From Pseudomonadota bacterium (GTDB lineage: Bacteria; Pseudomonadota; Alphaproteobacteria; Rhizobiales; Beijerinckiaceae): a DNA stretch of 64,000 bases. Location: the NCBI GenBank assembly GCA_023386155.1, contig JAEWKH010000066.1, positions 94,719-158,718 of the forward strand, read 5' to 3'. Each line of letters opens with the position of its first letter. Position 1 is the stretch's first letter. Below are positions 26,919 to 35,764 of this stretch, piece after piece. A program made the translations under genes and the position numbers. The notes beneath the pieces are model-generated. The model was not told the DNA's origin. It did no database searches and saw nothing but the letters and a program-made list of their open reading frames with translations.

Positions 26919-27497
26919 CTATGCATCGAGGAATGAACTCAATCTTTGAAAGGTCAAGCCATCGGGGGCCGCATCGAGAAATGTGCGCATCTCGCCCGTG
27001 CTCAATGACCGTTTAAGCATCTCTCTGTGCTCAAGATCCTTATGTAGTACCAAGGTCGACAATCTTGGATCAGAAAGCCAGCCGCGCTCAACCTCGGCTG
27101 CCTTTTCGTTCTTAACCCGACTGTAGAAGTACACGTGACCATTCTTTGCCACATGGTCGAGAATCAAGACTTGACCTCTCGGATTAATATCGGGTCGCTC
27201 GGTCTGCGATAGTGTTAAGTCGACCTTTCGCCCACGGTATTCCAGCCAGGCATGCGATATTTGGATCTCATCAGTCCCGTCATTGATGTATCCCACAATC
27301 GGCTCAGTTAGGATGCCCTTTTCGGCGAAGTACAGATGAAGAAAAAACGTCATCCGATAACACATGCCCGTGGACCCACTTGGGCTCAGAAATTTGAGAA
27401 GTAGCCCCTCCGAGGCTTCGGCAATTGTTTTTTCCTCATCATTCAGAGCTTCCTTCCACTGCTCTTGCTTGCGAGCTCTCTGCTTTGCCTGCCCCAT
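26919..27497 (-). CDS. transglutaminase-like / papain-fold cysteine peptidase core protein (tentative)
   Basis: GMCYRMTFFLHLYFAEKGILTEPIVGYIN...ISHAWLEYRGRKVDLT follows the transglutaminase-core pattern G-C-x-x-F...G-I...V-x-G-Y...HAW-x-E...D (Cys-His-Asp). It starts 19 nt after the ABC ATPase stop, with GAGGGAAGG upstream. Confidence 0.45.
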   Translation of the reverse strand: MGQAKQRARKQEQWKEALNDEEKTIAEASEGLLLKFLSPSGSTGMCYRMTFFLHLYFAEKGILTEPIVGYINDGTDEIQISHAWLEYRGRKVDLTLSQTERPDINPRGQVLILDHVAKNGHVYFYSRVKNEKAAEVERGWLSDPRLSTLVLHKDLEHREMLKRSLSTGEMRTFLDAAPDGLTFQRLSSFLDA

Positions 27498-27516
27498 CTG
27501 GCGTGAACCTTCCCTC

Positions 27517-29412
27517 CTAAACGTTCGCGAGAGTTTTGTTTTGTCTCGAGTACTTAGGGCCGACTAAATATTCGCTGTCTTCAAGCTCTGGCGCCAACAT
27601 AGAAGTCGTGAAAATTATTTGATGAGGAAATTTCGCCCTCTTTGATTCCTCGATGACCAATCTTTGATAATTGTGGCTGCGGGCTGGTTCCATTCCCTTA
27701 TCTTCAATGTTGTCCATCAAAAGAAATTTGGGATGCCAGAACTCCGCATCGTAGCAGGCTGCTATCAAGAGGGAGAGGATCGCTGTGTTTTTTAGGATGA
27801 CGTTGCTACTCTCCGCGAAATTCATCTTCCCATCGACAAGCATCGCATCATCGCCGAAATTTACAGAGAATGTTGATGGGCGCTCAAAAACGTCCTCTCG
27901 GCTCAAATCCTTCGTTAACAAGCGCCTGCCGATAATACTTACGGATCCCATCGCTTTGTTAGTGCGCGCCATCGAGGCCTCCTCCAGACGCTTCAGGCGC
28001 GCCTCGAGCCTCTCAATTTCATCGTTTAATGTCGCGCGAGACCGTGAGAGTTCGTCAAGCTTCTCGATAGCAGCCCTCAGCTCCTCCAAGTAAGCCGCCT
28101 CGCGCTCCAATCCGCCCAGACGCTTGTACCGTTCCGCAAGGAAGCTCTCGCGTGGCGAATTGCTAATATCATATCGGCTGGAGAACTCTGTAATTGCTGA
28201 TGCGTACTCACGTCGGAGTCCGCGAATGTCGCTTTGAAGATCTTCGAACTCCGCGGCCTTCGATTTGAGAAGCTGTCGTGACTCCCGAATTTGCAACTCG
28301 TTATCTATCTTGATCTCAAAGTATTTCGACTTCGCCGCTTCTTCATCGATCACCTCATGACAAACCACGCAGTGCTTGGCATCGACATCCGAGAGAGGTT
28401 TCAGGCAAGCAGGGCAATATTGAAATTCGATACTTCCCAGCTTCTCAGATAGCTCGTCGGCAGCATTCAATGATTCGAGCTGTCTTTCCAAATGATCGAT
28501 GAACCCCTCAATCTCAGCCCGCTCATCGGTGAGATCCGTCGCGAGCTGCTCCTTTTCCTGCATGACATTGGCCAACTTTCGTACTCGGGCCTGCATCGAG
28601 CGGCGCTCAGAGATGAACTTTTGGGTCTGTTCTTCTCCTACGTAGGCATCAATATCTGAAACCTCAGCGATGATTGCATTTTTCTGCTGCGCAAGGCTAG
28701 ACATTCGTACGTCGAGGGCTGCAACGGACGTCAAGCCGTCTGCCGATGGCAGCGCCATCAATGCGGCGTTGTATAGCTTATCCGTATCAGTATATTTTGA
28801 TTTCAGCTCACGTAACCTGATTAGGCCTTCATATAGCTCATAGCCATTCACGCCAATCAATAGCTGGCCAACCGCCTCGCGAATATCCCTCGTATCAAAC
28901 CCCTCAAATCGGAACAGCTTTCCGGCCGGGGTCTGCTGATCTGCGTAAAGCAGGCGCAAAATCTGATGCATTGTGATATTAGAATTGGCGACGTTCGGCG
29001 CCTCAGGAATACCCGCCGCGCGAAACAGAACCTGGGTAAATGAGAGATCCCTCCCACCTTGAGGACGCCGTATTGGCACCATCTGCCAATGATCGATGCC
29101 TTTGTTCTGCGACTCCTCTAGGTTGCCGTAGTAAACGAATATTGGCTCCTGTTTTGTGCCGACATTACGATGAACAGTCAGAGTGGCTTGATTGGTCTCA
29201 ATCTCAAGACGGACTGCCGTGCATTTCTTAGCCGCATCCTTCCATCTGTCGAACTCTCCGCCTAAGCCGAAGAATACAAAATCTGATATGGTCGATTTTC
29301 CCGAGCTATTCTCACCGCGAATGATATTCACACCGCGATGAAAACGCTCGTCGTATGCGATCTCACGACCTCGCGTCACTTGAACCCGCTTTAGCGCAAA
29401 AAAGGTAACCAC
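27517..29412 (-). CDS. SMC/Rad50-like ABC ATPase with coiled-coil insert (ABC-3C system ATPase)
   Basis: Walker A NIIRGENSSGKST. Long heptad-rich middle region with the pattern CPACLKPL...CVVCH. Walker B-like FLLMDNIEDKG. GTG start 3 nt after the upstream stop. Confidence 0.8.
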   Translation of the reverse strand: MVTFFALKRVQVTRGREIAYDERFHRGVNIIRGENSSGKSTISDFVFFGLGGEFDRWKDAAKKCTAVRLEIETNQATLTVHRNVGTKQEPIFVYYGNLEESQNKGIDHWQMVPIRRPQGGRDLSFTQVLFRAAGIPEAPNVANSNITMHQILRLLYADQQTPAGKLFRFEGFDTRDIREAVGQLLIGVNGYELYEGLIRLRELKSKYTDTDKLYNAALMALPSADGLTSVAALDVRMSSLAQQKNAIIAEVSDIDAYVGEEQTQKFISERRSMQARVRKLANVMQEKEQLATDLTDERAEIEGFIDHLERQLESLNAADELSEKLGSIEFQYCPACLKPLSDVDAKHCVVCHEVIDEEAAKSKYFEIKIDNELQIRESRQLLKSKAAEFEDLQSDIRGLRREYASAITEFSSRYDISNSPRESFLAERYKRLGGLEREAAYLEELRAAIEKLDELSRSRATLNDEIERLEARLKRLEEASMARTNKAMGSVSIIGRRLLTKDLSREDVFERPSTFSVNFGDDAMLVDGKMNFAESSNVILKNTAILSLLIAACYDAEFWHPKFLLMDNIEDKGMEPARSHNYQRLVIEESKRAKFPHQIIFTTSMLAPELEDSEYLVGPKYSRQNKTLANV

Positions 29413-29415
29413 TTG

Positions 29416-29922
29416 TTACGTCCCCATTCTTCTCAATCCGGTGACCGAACGCAGGCCGCCCTTCCCGTTGCCAATTGTGTTGAATGCGGTTGTAAGAAAT
29501 TCCAAGACTGGCCCCTCCCCGGGCAAAATTAGTTGGGAGCCAAGCTCAGACACGATCCGTTGACCCTCAAGGCTCAGCTGATATTGATCCCTATCGACAA
29601 GAGCAATTTTGAATAACCCTTTGCCGACGAGGTTGTGCAATGCCTGAACTTGTATGCCACCCATCCTGCTGTAGAGAATTGGCGGGGATGGGTATTTCAG
29701 AAAACAATCGTTAGGCTTTGGGACTTTCAACTCATTGAATGCACGTCGAACGTCCGCGCTCATATGGGTCTGATGTAAAAGGCTTGGATTTGCGAGGTAA
29801 AAGTCGGATACAAAGAGTCGATCTCGATCCGGTGCTTCCATTGACCAGCGACTAAGTATTGCTAAGTACCGCCTAGCAGTGTCAAAAACATCAAGCTGCG
29901 AATACCAAAGACGATAGCTCAT
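29416..29922 (-). CDS. ABC-3C middle-component-like small protein
   Basis: 168 aa. ATGA overlap with the upstream hydrolase gene, and directly followed by the ABC ATPase. Position and size match the middle component of ABC three-component systems. No catalytic motif seen. Confidence 0.5.
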   Translation of the reverse strand: MSYRLWYSQLDVFDTARRYLAILSRWSMEAPDRDRLFVSDFYLANPSLLHQTHMSADVRRAFNELKVPKPNDCFLKYPSPPILYSRMGGIQVQALHNLVGKGLFKIALVDRDQYQLSLEGQRIVSELGSQLILPGEGPVLEFLTTAFNTIGNGKGGLRSVTGLRRMGT

Positions 29923-31118
29923 GGCTTATCCCAACGCACGTGGCACCGCTCTGTCAGAAAATACAGTGCGTTCATGATTGTCTTCGCGGTCGCTTTTTGG
30001 GCAGAATATTTCTGCGATAGTGGTTCGACGATATGGGTCTGGATCGCGAGGGAGACAGCTGCATCATCGGCACCATTGCAAATGAGCGGGTGGTATATCA
30101 GCGCTTGAAAGCGCTGTTCGATATCCGCAAGAAGGCTGTTGTAGTGCCCATTCGGACCAGATTTAAGGCCCGTTTGAATGAAACTACGAGCAAACCTGTT
30201 TTGCGACTCGTTCGCGAACGGATATTCGTGTTCGCGTCCAGCAGCTACCATCTTTGTCAGCAGGTCTCGTCGATCTCCAGCACTTTCGACTCCAAGATCG
30301 TCCTCATCAAAAAGCCCCGCCTCCTCGTCTGCCCCAAAAGACTGCGGAGGCAATAGGTTTTTGAGACGACGTTTGATGCTGAGATAAACTACGCTGCTTC
30401 GATCCGTAGGTTTACATATGGTGATGTGGTCAGCATCAATTCCGATTGGCATTACAGCGTTTACGCCTGGGTCGGCACTTGATGGATCGACGACCAGCGC
30501 AACTTTCGCCGTCTTGTGCATTTCGTGGTAGACAGTGACCGCGATTGCCCCCCGCTGGCAGTGCGTTCTGAAGCTTGCGTTTAATTCATCTAGCTCTGAG
30601 CTATCTTTTATTAGCTTCGTGACGTGATGTGACGCGAAGCAGCCAGAAAACATTTTCAGTAGATCGGCTAAGCTCGATCCGCTGTGAGGTGTCGCCAGAA
30701 AAAAGATCCCCGCACAGCTATCGGCTACTCTATTCCAATTCTCATCTGGCGACTCCTTCGCCGTTCTGAGAATTTGCTTCACTAGAAGCCCACCAAGGCT
30801 GTGGCATATGAAGACAAGGGGCTTAGTCCCCAACTCATAGGCGGCCATTGTTTCGAGAACGTTCTTCGCTCGGTCGTAGAGATTCATTTCTTTCTTCGCC
30901 CATTTGGCGAAGATGCTGGCTGGATACCCAAGCGTGTAAAAATTAAGGTGAGGCAGATCAACGGCCAACCATTTAGGCCAGTAGGGTCCTTCGGGCTCCG
31001 ACGTCTTATCCGAAGACCACGTGGTCAAGGGGTCCCCTGTCAAACCATGTACGAAGATCACATCCGCGCAGCCGCAATTAGCTGCAATGGTGGCAAAAAG
31101 GGTTGACGGCGTCGACAA
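29919..31118 (-). CDS. alpha/beta-hydrolase (serine esterase/lipase-like) effector with C-terminal helical domain
   Basis: VIFVHGLTGDPLTTW (oxyanion region), FICHSLGGLLV (GxSxG-type nucleophile elbow) and FLATPHSGS. The C-terminal roughly 150 aa are unassigned. Confidence 0.75.
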   Translation of the reverse strand: MSTPSTLFATIAANCGCADVIFVHGLTGDPLTTWSSDKTSEPEGPYWPKWLAVDLPHLNFYTLGYPASIFAKWAKKEMNLYDRAKNVLETMAAYELGTKPLVFICHSLGGLLVKQILRTAKESPDENWNRVADSCAGIFFLATPHSGSSLADLLKMFSGCFASHHVTKLIKDSSELDELNASFRTHCQRGAIAVTVYHEMHKTAKVALVVDPSSADPGVNAVMPIGIDADHITICKPTDRSSVVYLSIKRRLKNLLPPQSFGADEEAGLFDEDDLGVESAGDRRDLLTKMVAAGREHEYPFANESQNRFARSFIQTGLKSGPNGHYNSLLADIEQRFQALIYHPLICNGADDAAVSLAIQTHIVEPLSQKYSAQKATAKTIMNALYFLTERCHVRWDKP

Positions 31119-31724
31119 GGATGGCTCGTTCTATCGGGACAGGAACACAACCCTAGATGATTAACACCTGATTTCAAGCTGGTCTCACCCGGACAATTAA
31201 CTCCTCAACAGCCTAGGTATACTTACGATGGTCGAGAACGGCTAAGCTATCACTGTTGTCATCGCTAGCGGGTTTCTCCCAGTCGTGTGCATCGGTTACC
31301 GTTTCCAGTGCCCGAGACGATTTCGGCCTCTGTCGTGCCTTTTCTAATCAATGCCTCCGCCGACTTCCGAGCGATGGGCCCTGCTATGAGAAACAGTCAG
31401 ATCGAGCACGCCATCCAGTTCAATGCGGTTCCCATTCCCGAGCGGACATACCTTAAACAGACGCAATAGAGCCGTTCACGTCATCTCTGATGTTTCAGCA
31501 TACCGCATCGCAGGGAGTCCACCAAATGCCAAGCGTAACAACCCACAGTTTCCCATCGACTTTTTTAAGACGCTCGCATTAGAGGCAATATGTGTCCTCT
31601 TAGAGCGTATTTTTACGTATAAGAGGACAACATTGGCCTGTTAGCGAGCCATCGCATTTCACAAAAATCCTTGCTTCTGAGCCTTCAGAACACCTGCGAG
31701 GGATTTTCGCTGTTTCGACAAGAG

Positions 31725-33254
31725 TCAGTGGTTCACGTTACGTAAGTTCAACGCAGCCTCAATCATCCTCCTCAATGTCCGCAATGAACCACCTTGCCAT
31801 GTTTCCTGGATGGCCTCGGTTTCGGAGGGGTCGAGGGGAATGAGCCAGCGCTGGTCCAATCCCTGCTCGGCAAGCATATCGATCATGATCTGACGGCTCA
31901 GCATCGGCAGATCCTCCTGCCGCGGCTCGGGAAAGTTGAGGACCCGGCAGCGGTCGCGCAATGGACGGGAAACGCCGTCGAGCGAATTGGCTGTCATCAG
32001 CCACGAAACATGGGAGATGTCGCAGGGCGCCTGAATATAAGGGTCGTGATAGCGGCACGCCGTCTCCCGCTCGAGAAACGACAGCAAGGCGTCATGGGCA
32101 TTTCCGTTGTGCCGGGAGCTTCCGACCTTCTCGATCTCGTCTAGAATAATGCCAGGCCCCGCGTTCTTGCATCGGCCGATCAGCGCAACAGGAAGCGACG
32201 GCTCCCCTGTGCTCCAGCGGCGAGGCGTCCCGGCAAACGTGCCATCCGACAGACCGCCGCAAGAGATCACGTCGTGCGGCATGCCAATCAATGTCAGGAG
32301 CCTGCGAGCGAACCGCGACTTCCCGCATCCAGGCGGGCCGACCAGGATCGTTGGGCGGAGTTGGATATGGGGTTGGACTGGAATGTCCGCGAGGATGCGA
32401 TTGATCACTTGCTCCGCATACGGAAACTCGGACCTCAATGCAGTTCGAATGCCCGCGATGTCCGGCATCGGCACGAGCGGCAGCGGCTCTTTGAGAAGCG
32501 CCTTGTACTCCTCCGCAACTTTCTTGCCTTCTCCCGTATTCCCATTGCCTACCTGCTGAAACACGACAGCCGCAGGACCTATCGTGAGCGGCGCCGGTAG
32601 AGTTGGAGGTTGCGCTTCCGCCTTTGGAGGCGACAGCGGATCGCGCTTGATCATGCCCAGGAGGCTGCGGCTTCGATCGTCCACCCCATGGAGGGAAGCC
32701 CAGAAAACATCGCGTCGGACAGGGGCAAGGTAGGTGAATGCCGGGTTGGCAGCGGCAAACGACAGCCAGCCGAGTGCGGCACCAATCAGTTCCACCGCCT
32801 CGTTCCGTGACCCTTCGATGATCTCCGGCGCCGTCGCCATCGTGATCACGTCCTGCGCCAACGCCAGCGCAGCCTGGTGATCGTACATGTGAGCGAGGTA
32901 GATCCGGCATCGCAGCTGCCAGGACTTGGAGTCGGATGGCAGATTGTCCGAAGCGGCGGCGAGCGCATCCGCCAGCTCCCGAACCTCTTCGATCCCGGCA
33001 TTGCCGACCAGACGCTCCAGGGCCCGCACAACGCGCGCCTTGGCTCGATAGCCCGGCTTGCCACGCATCTGCGGCAGCAACCGTTCGGCGAAGGTCTGCA
33101 TGTCTTGCTGAATGCTGTCGGCGCAGAACGGCATCCCATGGATGAGCTCATCCACCATCGGCAGGTGACGCCCCTCCAGAGCGGCGCGGGACCGCCGCTC
33201 GAAGTGACGGCGGTCAGCCTCATTCCAGCGCCTCTTGAACCTTGGCGACGACAT
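31725..33254 (-). CDS. AAA+ ATPase (Lon-type AAA module without protease domain)
   Basis: Walker A LVGPPGCGKSRF, Walker B GIILDEIEKV and the sensor region PLRDRCRVLNFPEP, resembling the Lon AAA+ module. The long N-terminal domain is unassigned. Confidence 0.8.
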   Translation of the reverse strand: MSSPRFKRRWNEADRRHFERRSRAALEGRHLPMVDELIHGMPFCADSIQQDMQTFAERLLPQMRGKPGYRAKARVVRALERLVGNAGIEEVRELADALAAASDNLPSDSKSWQLRCRIYLAHMYDHQAALALAQDVITMATAPEIIEGSRNEAVELIGAALGWLSFAAANPAFTYLAPVRRDVFWASLHGVDDRSRSLLGMIKRDPLSPPKAEAQPPTLPAPLTIGPAAVVFQQVGNGNTGEGKKVAEEYKALLKEPLPLVPMPDIAGIRTALRSEFPYAEQVINRILADIPVQPHIQLRPTILVGPPGCGKSRFARRLLTLIGMPHDVISCGGLSDGTFAGTPRRWSTGEPSLPVALIGRCKNAGPGIILDEIEKVGSSRHNGNAHDALLSFLERETACRYHDPYIQAPCDISHVSWLMTANSLDGVSRPLRDRCRVLNFPEPRQEDLPMLSRQIMIDMLAEQGLDQRWLIPLDPSETEAIQETWQGGSLRTLRRMIEAALNLRNVNH

Positions 33255-33269
33255 ACGGCGTCACCCGCC

Positions 33270-33611
33270 TCAGGATGCAGGTGTAACGGACAGCGGCCGT
33301 CCGAGGCGGTACCATCGGGAGATGGTCCGAGCCCATCCCTGCTCTTCGTTCAGCACCCACAGGTCCGAGGTCATGACTGGCTGACCCACTCCCGTCAGGC
33401 GCGGATGCCCGAAGGCGTGGCCCACCAAGCAGAAGGCTGGCCGGCGCTCGCGGCTCCAGCCTTCGAGAAAGGGCGCATCGGCGAGGTCGGCATCGGTCGG
33501 TCCGCGTCCGTCCCGGATGCTCGTCAGATCAACGGCGAGCCGTTGCAGCCGTTCGATCTCGAGGGTGGCATCCGCCAGGTTCAAGGGTCTGGCTGCGGTG
33601 ATCGTGAACAT
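33270..33611 (-). CDS. small conserved hypothetical protein (possibly DUF6634; family name is from memory and unverified)
   Basis: 113-aa ORF between the ParA-like and AAA+ genes on the same strand. It contains LVGHAFGHPRL...TSDLWVLNEEQGWARTISRWYRLGRP. Confidence 0.5.
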   Translation of the reverse strand: MFTITAARPLNLADATLEIERLQRLAVDLTSIRDGRGPTDADLADAPFLEGWSRERRPAFCLVGHAFGHPRLTGVGQPVMTSDLWVLNEEQGWARTISRWYRLGRPLSVTPAS

Positions 33612-33737
33612 GGATTCCTCGGAAGTTATGTGATCTGTGTCAAAGGCATTGAGTGCATTGGTGGGAGTGAAGCGTCGGTCGGAAATGCGCCTTCGGGAAG
33701 GGCGATGGAGATCGGGAGAAGCGAAGGACCCGTCGCC

Positions 33738-34463
33738 TCACTCCGATGTCGATCCGGCGACCGAGCTGTCGTAGGGGAAGTGTATCGAGGGTGCTTCACC
33801 GTTGGCGCGCAGAACAGACTCCGCGAGCCTTGTTGCGGCATCCTGCTGCTGCTCGGTCAGGGCGAAGCGGTTCGCATCATCCCGGAAATCGAGATCGAGC
33901 GGGTCGAGGCTGGGAACTCCCGGATGGATGACGGACAGTGCCGGCACATATCCCGGCTTGAGGCCCCGCCGGGACAGGATGTCAGTGTAATCCTTGGCCC
34001 TCAGGCTCGAGGGCCAGCCAACAGGAAGGATCCAGACTTTCGGAAAGGGATCGTCGGACGTACTCGCTTCCTCCTGGATCACGTGCAGATCATAAATGAA
34101 CCGCTCGATCTCCTGCACGCCGTCGCGCATCGGAAGAAGGATTCGTGCTTTTGCGCCCATGGCGTAGGCGAGCACCTTCCGGATCGGCTGCGCAGGGGTG
34201 TCGATGATGATGTGAGAGTGTGCGGCACCACGGGACGAGCTTGCGTCGAGAACAGCCTCGACCGCCTTCATAGTGCCGCTGTGCGTCCAGACGACTGCGA
34301 ACGGAAGCCCTTCGATCCTGCTGAGGGAAGGCGGCGTGCCGTCTGGAACGAGCTGGACGTGAACCGGGGAGAAGCCCAGTTCGCGGAGCCCTGCCACCAG
34401 GAGAATGCTCGAAACCGTGCGGGCGCTTCCGCCCTTGGATCCTGCAAAGATGAAGACACTCAT
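33738..34463 (-). CDS. ParA/MinD-like protein with a variant P-loop
   Basis: The N-terminus MSVFIFAGSKGGSARTVSS aligns with the deviant Walker A KGGxGK(T/S), but has Arg in place of the second Lys. 241 aa. Confidence 0.55.
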   Translation of the reverse strand: MSVFIFAGSKGGSARTVSSILLVAGLRELGFSPVHVQLVPDGTPPSLSRIEGLPFAVVWTHSGTMKAVEAVLDASSSRGAAHSHIIIDTPAQPIRKVLAYAMGAKARILLPMRDGVQEIERFIYDLHVIQEEASTSDDPFPKVWILPVGWPSSLRAKDYTDILSRRGLKPGYVPALSVIHPGVPSLDPLDLDFRDDANRFALTEQQQDAATRLAESVLRANGEAPSIHFPYDSSVAGSTSE

Positions 34464-34626
34464 AACGTTCCCAGATTGGAGCGCGGCGGGCCGCTGATTC
34501 GCTCCAGGCTTATCGCAGTCGAGGATTCCTTGCTAGCTTTTTGGCCCTCTTCGGGCCATTTATTTGCCAATAGGGGCCAAATGTTGACAAGCTGGCTTTC
34601 CCGCTTAGCGCGTGCACATTCGCGCT

Positions 34627-34860
34627 ATGAGCCCCAATCCTAATCTCCTGAAAGCAGCACGAATTGCGCTTGGACTGAACCGGGAAGAATTGGCTGCAAT
34701 CGCAGGAGTCGGTGAGCGTTCCATTAAGCGAATGGAGGCCGGGCCGCCTGATCAGGCCCTGCGGACACAGAGGGCCGTCCAGAAAGCTCTCGAGGGGATG
34801 GGAGTTTTGTTTCTGGGCTCAGATGAGAACTACGGCCCTGGCTTTAGAATCCCAAAGTGA
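34627..34860 (+). CDS. small HTH (XRE-like) DNA-binding protein
   Basis: LLKAARIALGLNREELAAIAGVGERSIKRMEAG is an HTH. Divergent from the ParA-like gene. ATG at 34627 is preferred. Confidence 0.65.
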   Translation: MSPNPNLLKAARIALGLNREELAAIAGVGERSIKRMEAGPPDQALRTQRAVQKALEGMGVLFLGSDENYGPGFRIPK

Positions 34861-35164
34861 CTTATTAGTGAACCAGGGATAGAACCCCTGTCCCAAAGCC
34901 AAAACATTCAACTCGTCGGCAACGACGAACGGCGCTGTTGAGTCCAGCCATCTTGATCCGGACCTGTACACAGGAGCAGGCCGGCTACAGCGCTATTGAG
35001 GGGCGCGCCGGCCTGCTCCTATGCACAGCTCCTAGCGCCCGAGGGTCTCGGAAGACAGCTTACAGGGTAAGCCGAAACTTCCAAGATCCCTATCTGGCAT
35101 TGGCGTCTGAAGCTGTTTCGTGCCTGTTGCACCCGAGATAAACTCAAGCGCAATACCTGCGAAA

Positions 35165-35440
35165 CTAGCCGGCCATCCCAAGAGCCTGCATGTAAAGCTC
35201 GAGAATAGCTTCCTGCTCCTGCCGTTCCGCAAAATCCTGCTTGCGAATGCGTAGGATCTGCCTGATGGCCTTGGCGTCGAAGCCCCGCCCCTTCAACTCG
35301 GCGAAAACTTCCTTGATATCGCCGGCGACCCCGGCCTTCTCCTCTTCAAGCCTTTCAAGCCGCTCGATAAACTGCTTGAGTTCGTCCGCAGCGACGCTGC
35401 TCGTGTCGATTTCAGCATTTGGCATCGCATGCTGGTTCAT
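35165..35440 (-). CDS. gapR: GapR / DUF2312 nucleoid-associated protein (island-borne, full length)
   Basis: [69 protein letters not shown] matches the GapR/DUF2312 family along its whole length. AGGAGA RBS upstream. Confidence 0.85.
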   Translation of the reverse strand: MNQHAMPNAEIDTSSVAADELKQFIERLERLEEEKAGVAGDIKEVFAELKGRGFDAKAIRQILRIRKQDFAERQEQEAILELYMQALGMAG

Positions 35441-35451
35441 TGGTCTGTCTC

Positions 35452-35655
35452 CTAGCGGTTCGGTGTCACTGTCTGGAATATTCTCAAGGACCCATCAGGG
35501 TTCTTTCCGGGCTCCAGGCAACGTCCAATAAATTGATGCTCAAGTGGTCTATAGGCCACGTCAAGCCTGTGCTCCGACTCATTTCTGATTCGAATACGAA
35601 TCCCTTCAGGAACATCGTACAGAGCGTGTGATGAAGTCGAATTTGCCTTGTGCAC
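35452..35655 (-). CDS. hypothetical small protein
   Basis: 67-aa ORF ending 11 nt before the island gapR start. An AT-rich putative promoter lies upstream. No family recognised. Confidence 0.3.
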   Translation of the reverse strand: MHKANSTSSHALYDVPEGIRIRIRNESEHRLDVAYRPLEHQFIGRCLEPGKNPDGSLRIFQTVTPNR

Positions 35656-35764
35656 CTTATTTTTTTGCTAACGAGTCATGGTGATGTACACCAAGTCTCT
35701 AGTGAAAGGGACTTAACTTTTAACTTATTGAAAATAAAGCCTCAAAACCATTTTATAAAAATAT

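Larger units (their letters stand above)
1..35764. mobile_element. right-hand part of a horizontally acquired genomic island (ICE- or plasmid-derived?); the left end is outside the window
   Basis: Abrupt GC shift at about 35,760. An AT-rich terminal stretch spans 35,650-35,765. Cargo is accessory (biosynthetic cluster, IS remnant, defence systems). A backbone-like AAA+/ParA-like/HTH/GapR module is present. The resident gapR is truncated at the border. No integrase, relaxase or T4SS gene is visible in the window. Confidence 0.55.

Noticed and set aside
31592-31628. Perfect 10-bp inverted repeat TGTCCTCTTA-N17-TAAGAGGACA between the AAA+ gene and the ABC-3C operon
   Set aside because: It is a single occurrence with no T-tract and no obvious link to a start site. 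It could be an operator or a weak terminator, but I cannot support either.
32877-34643. 588-aa plus-strand ORF spanning the AAA+/ParA-like region
   Set aside because: It is antisense to three minus-strand genes with clear motifs. The product is Gly/Arg/Pro-rich with no recognisable domain. This is a typical shadow ORF.
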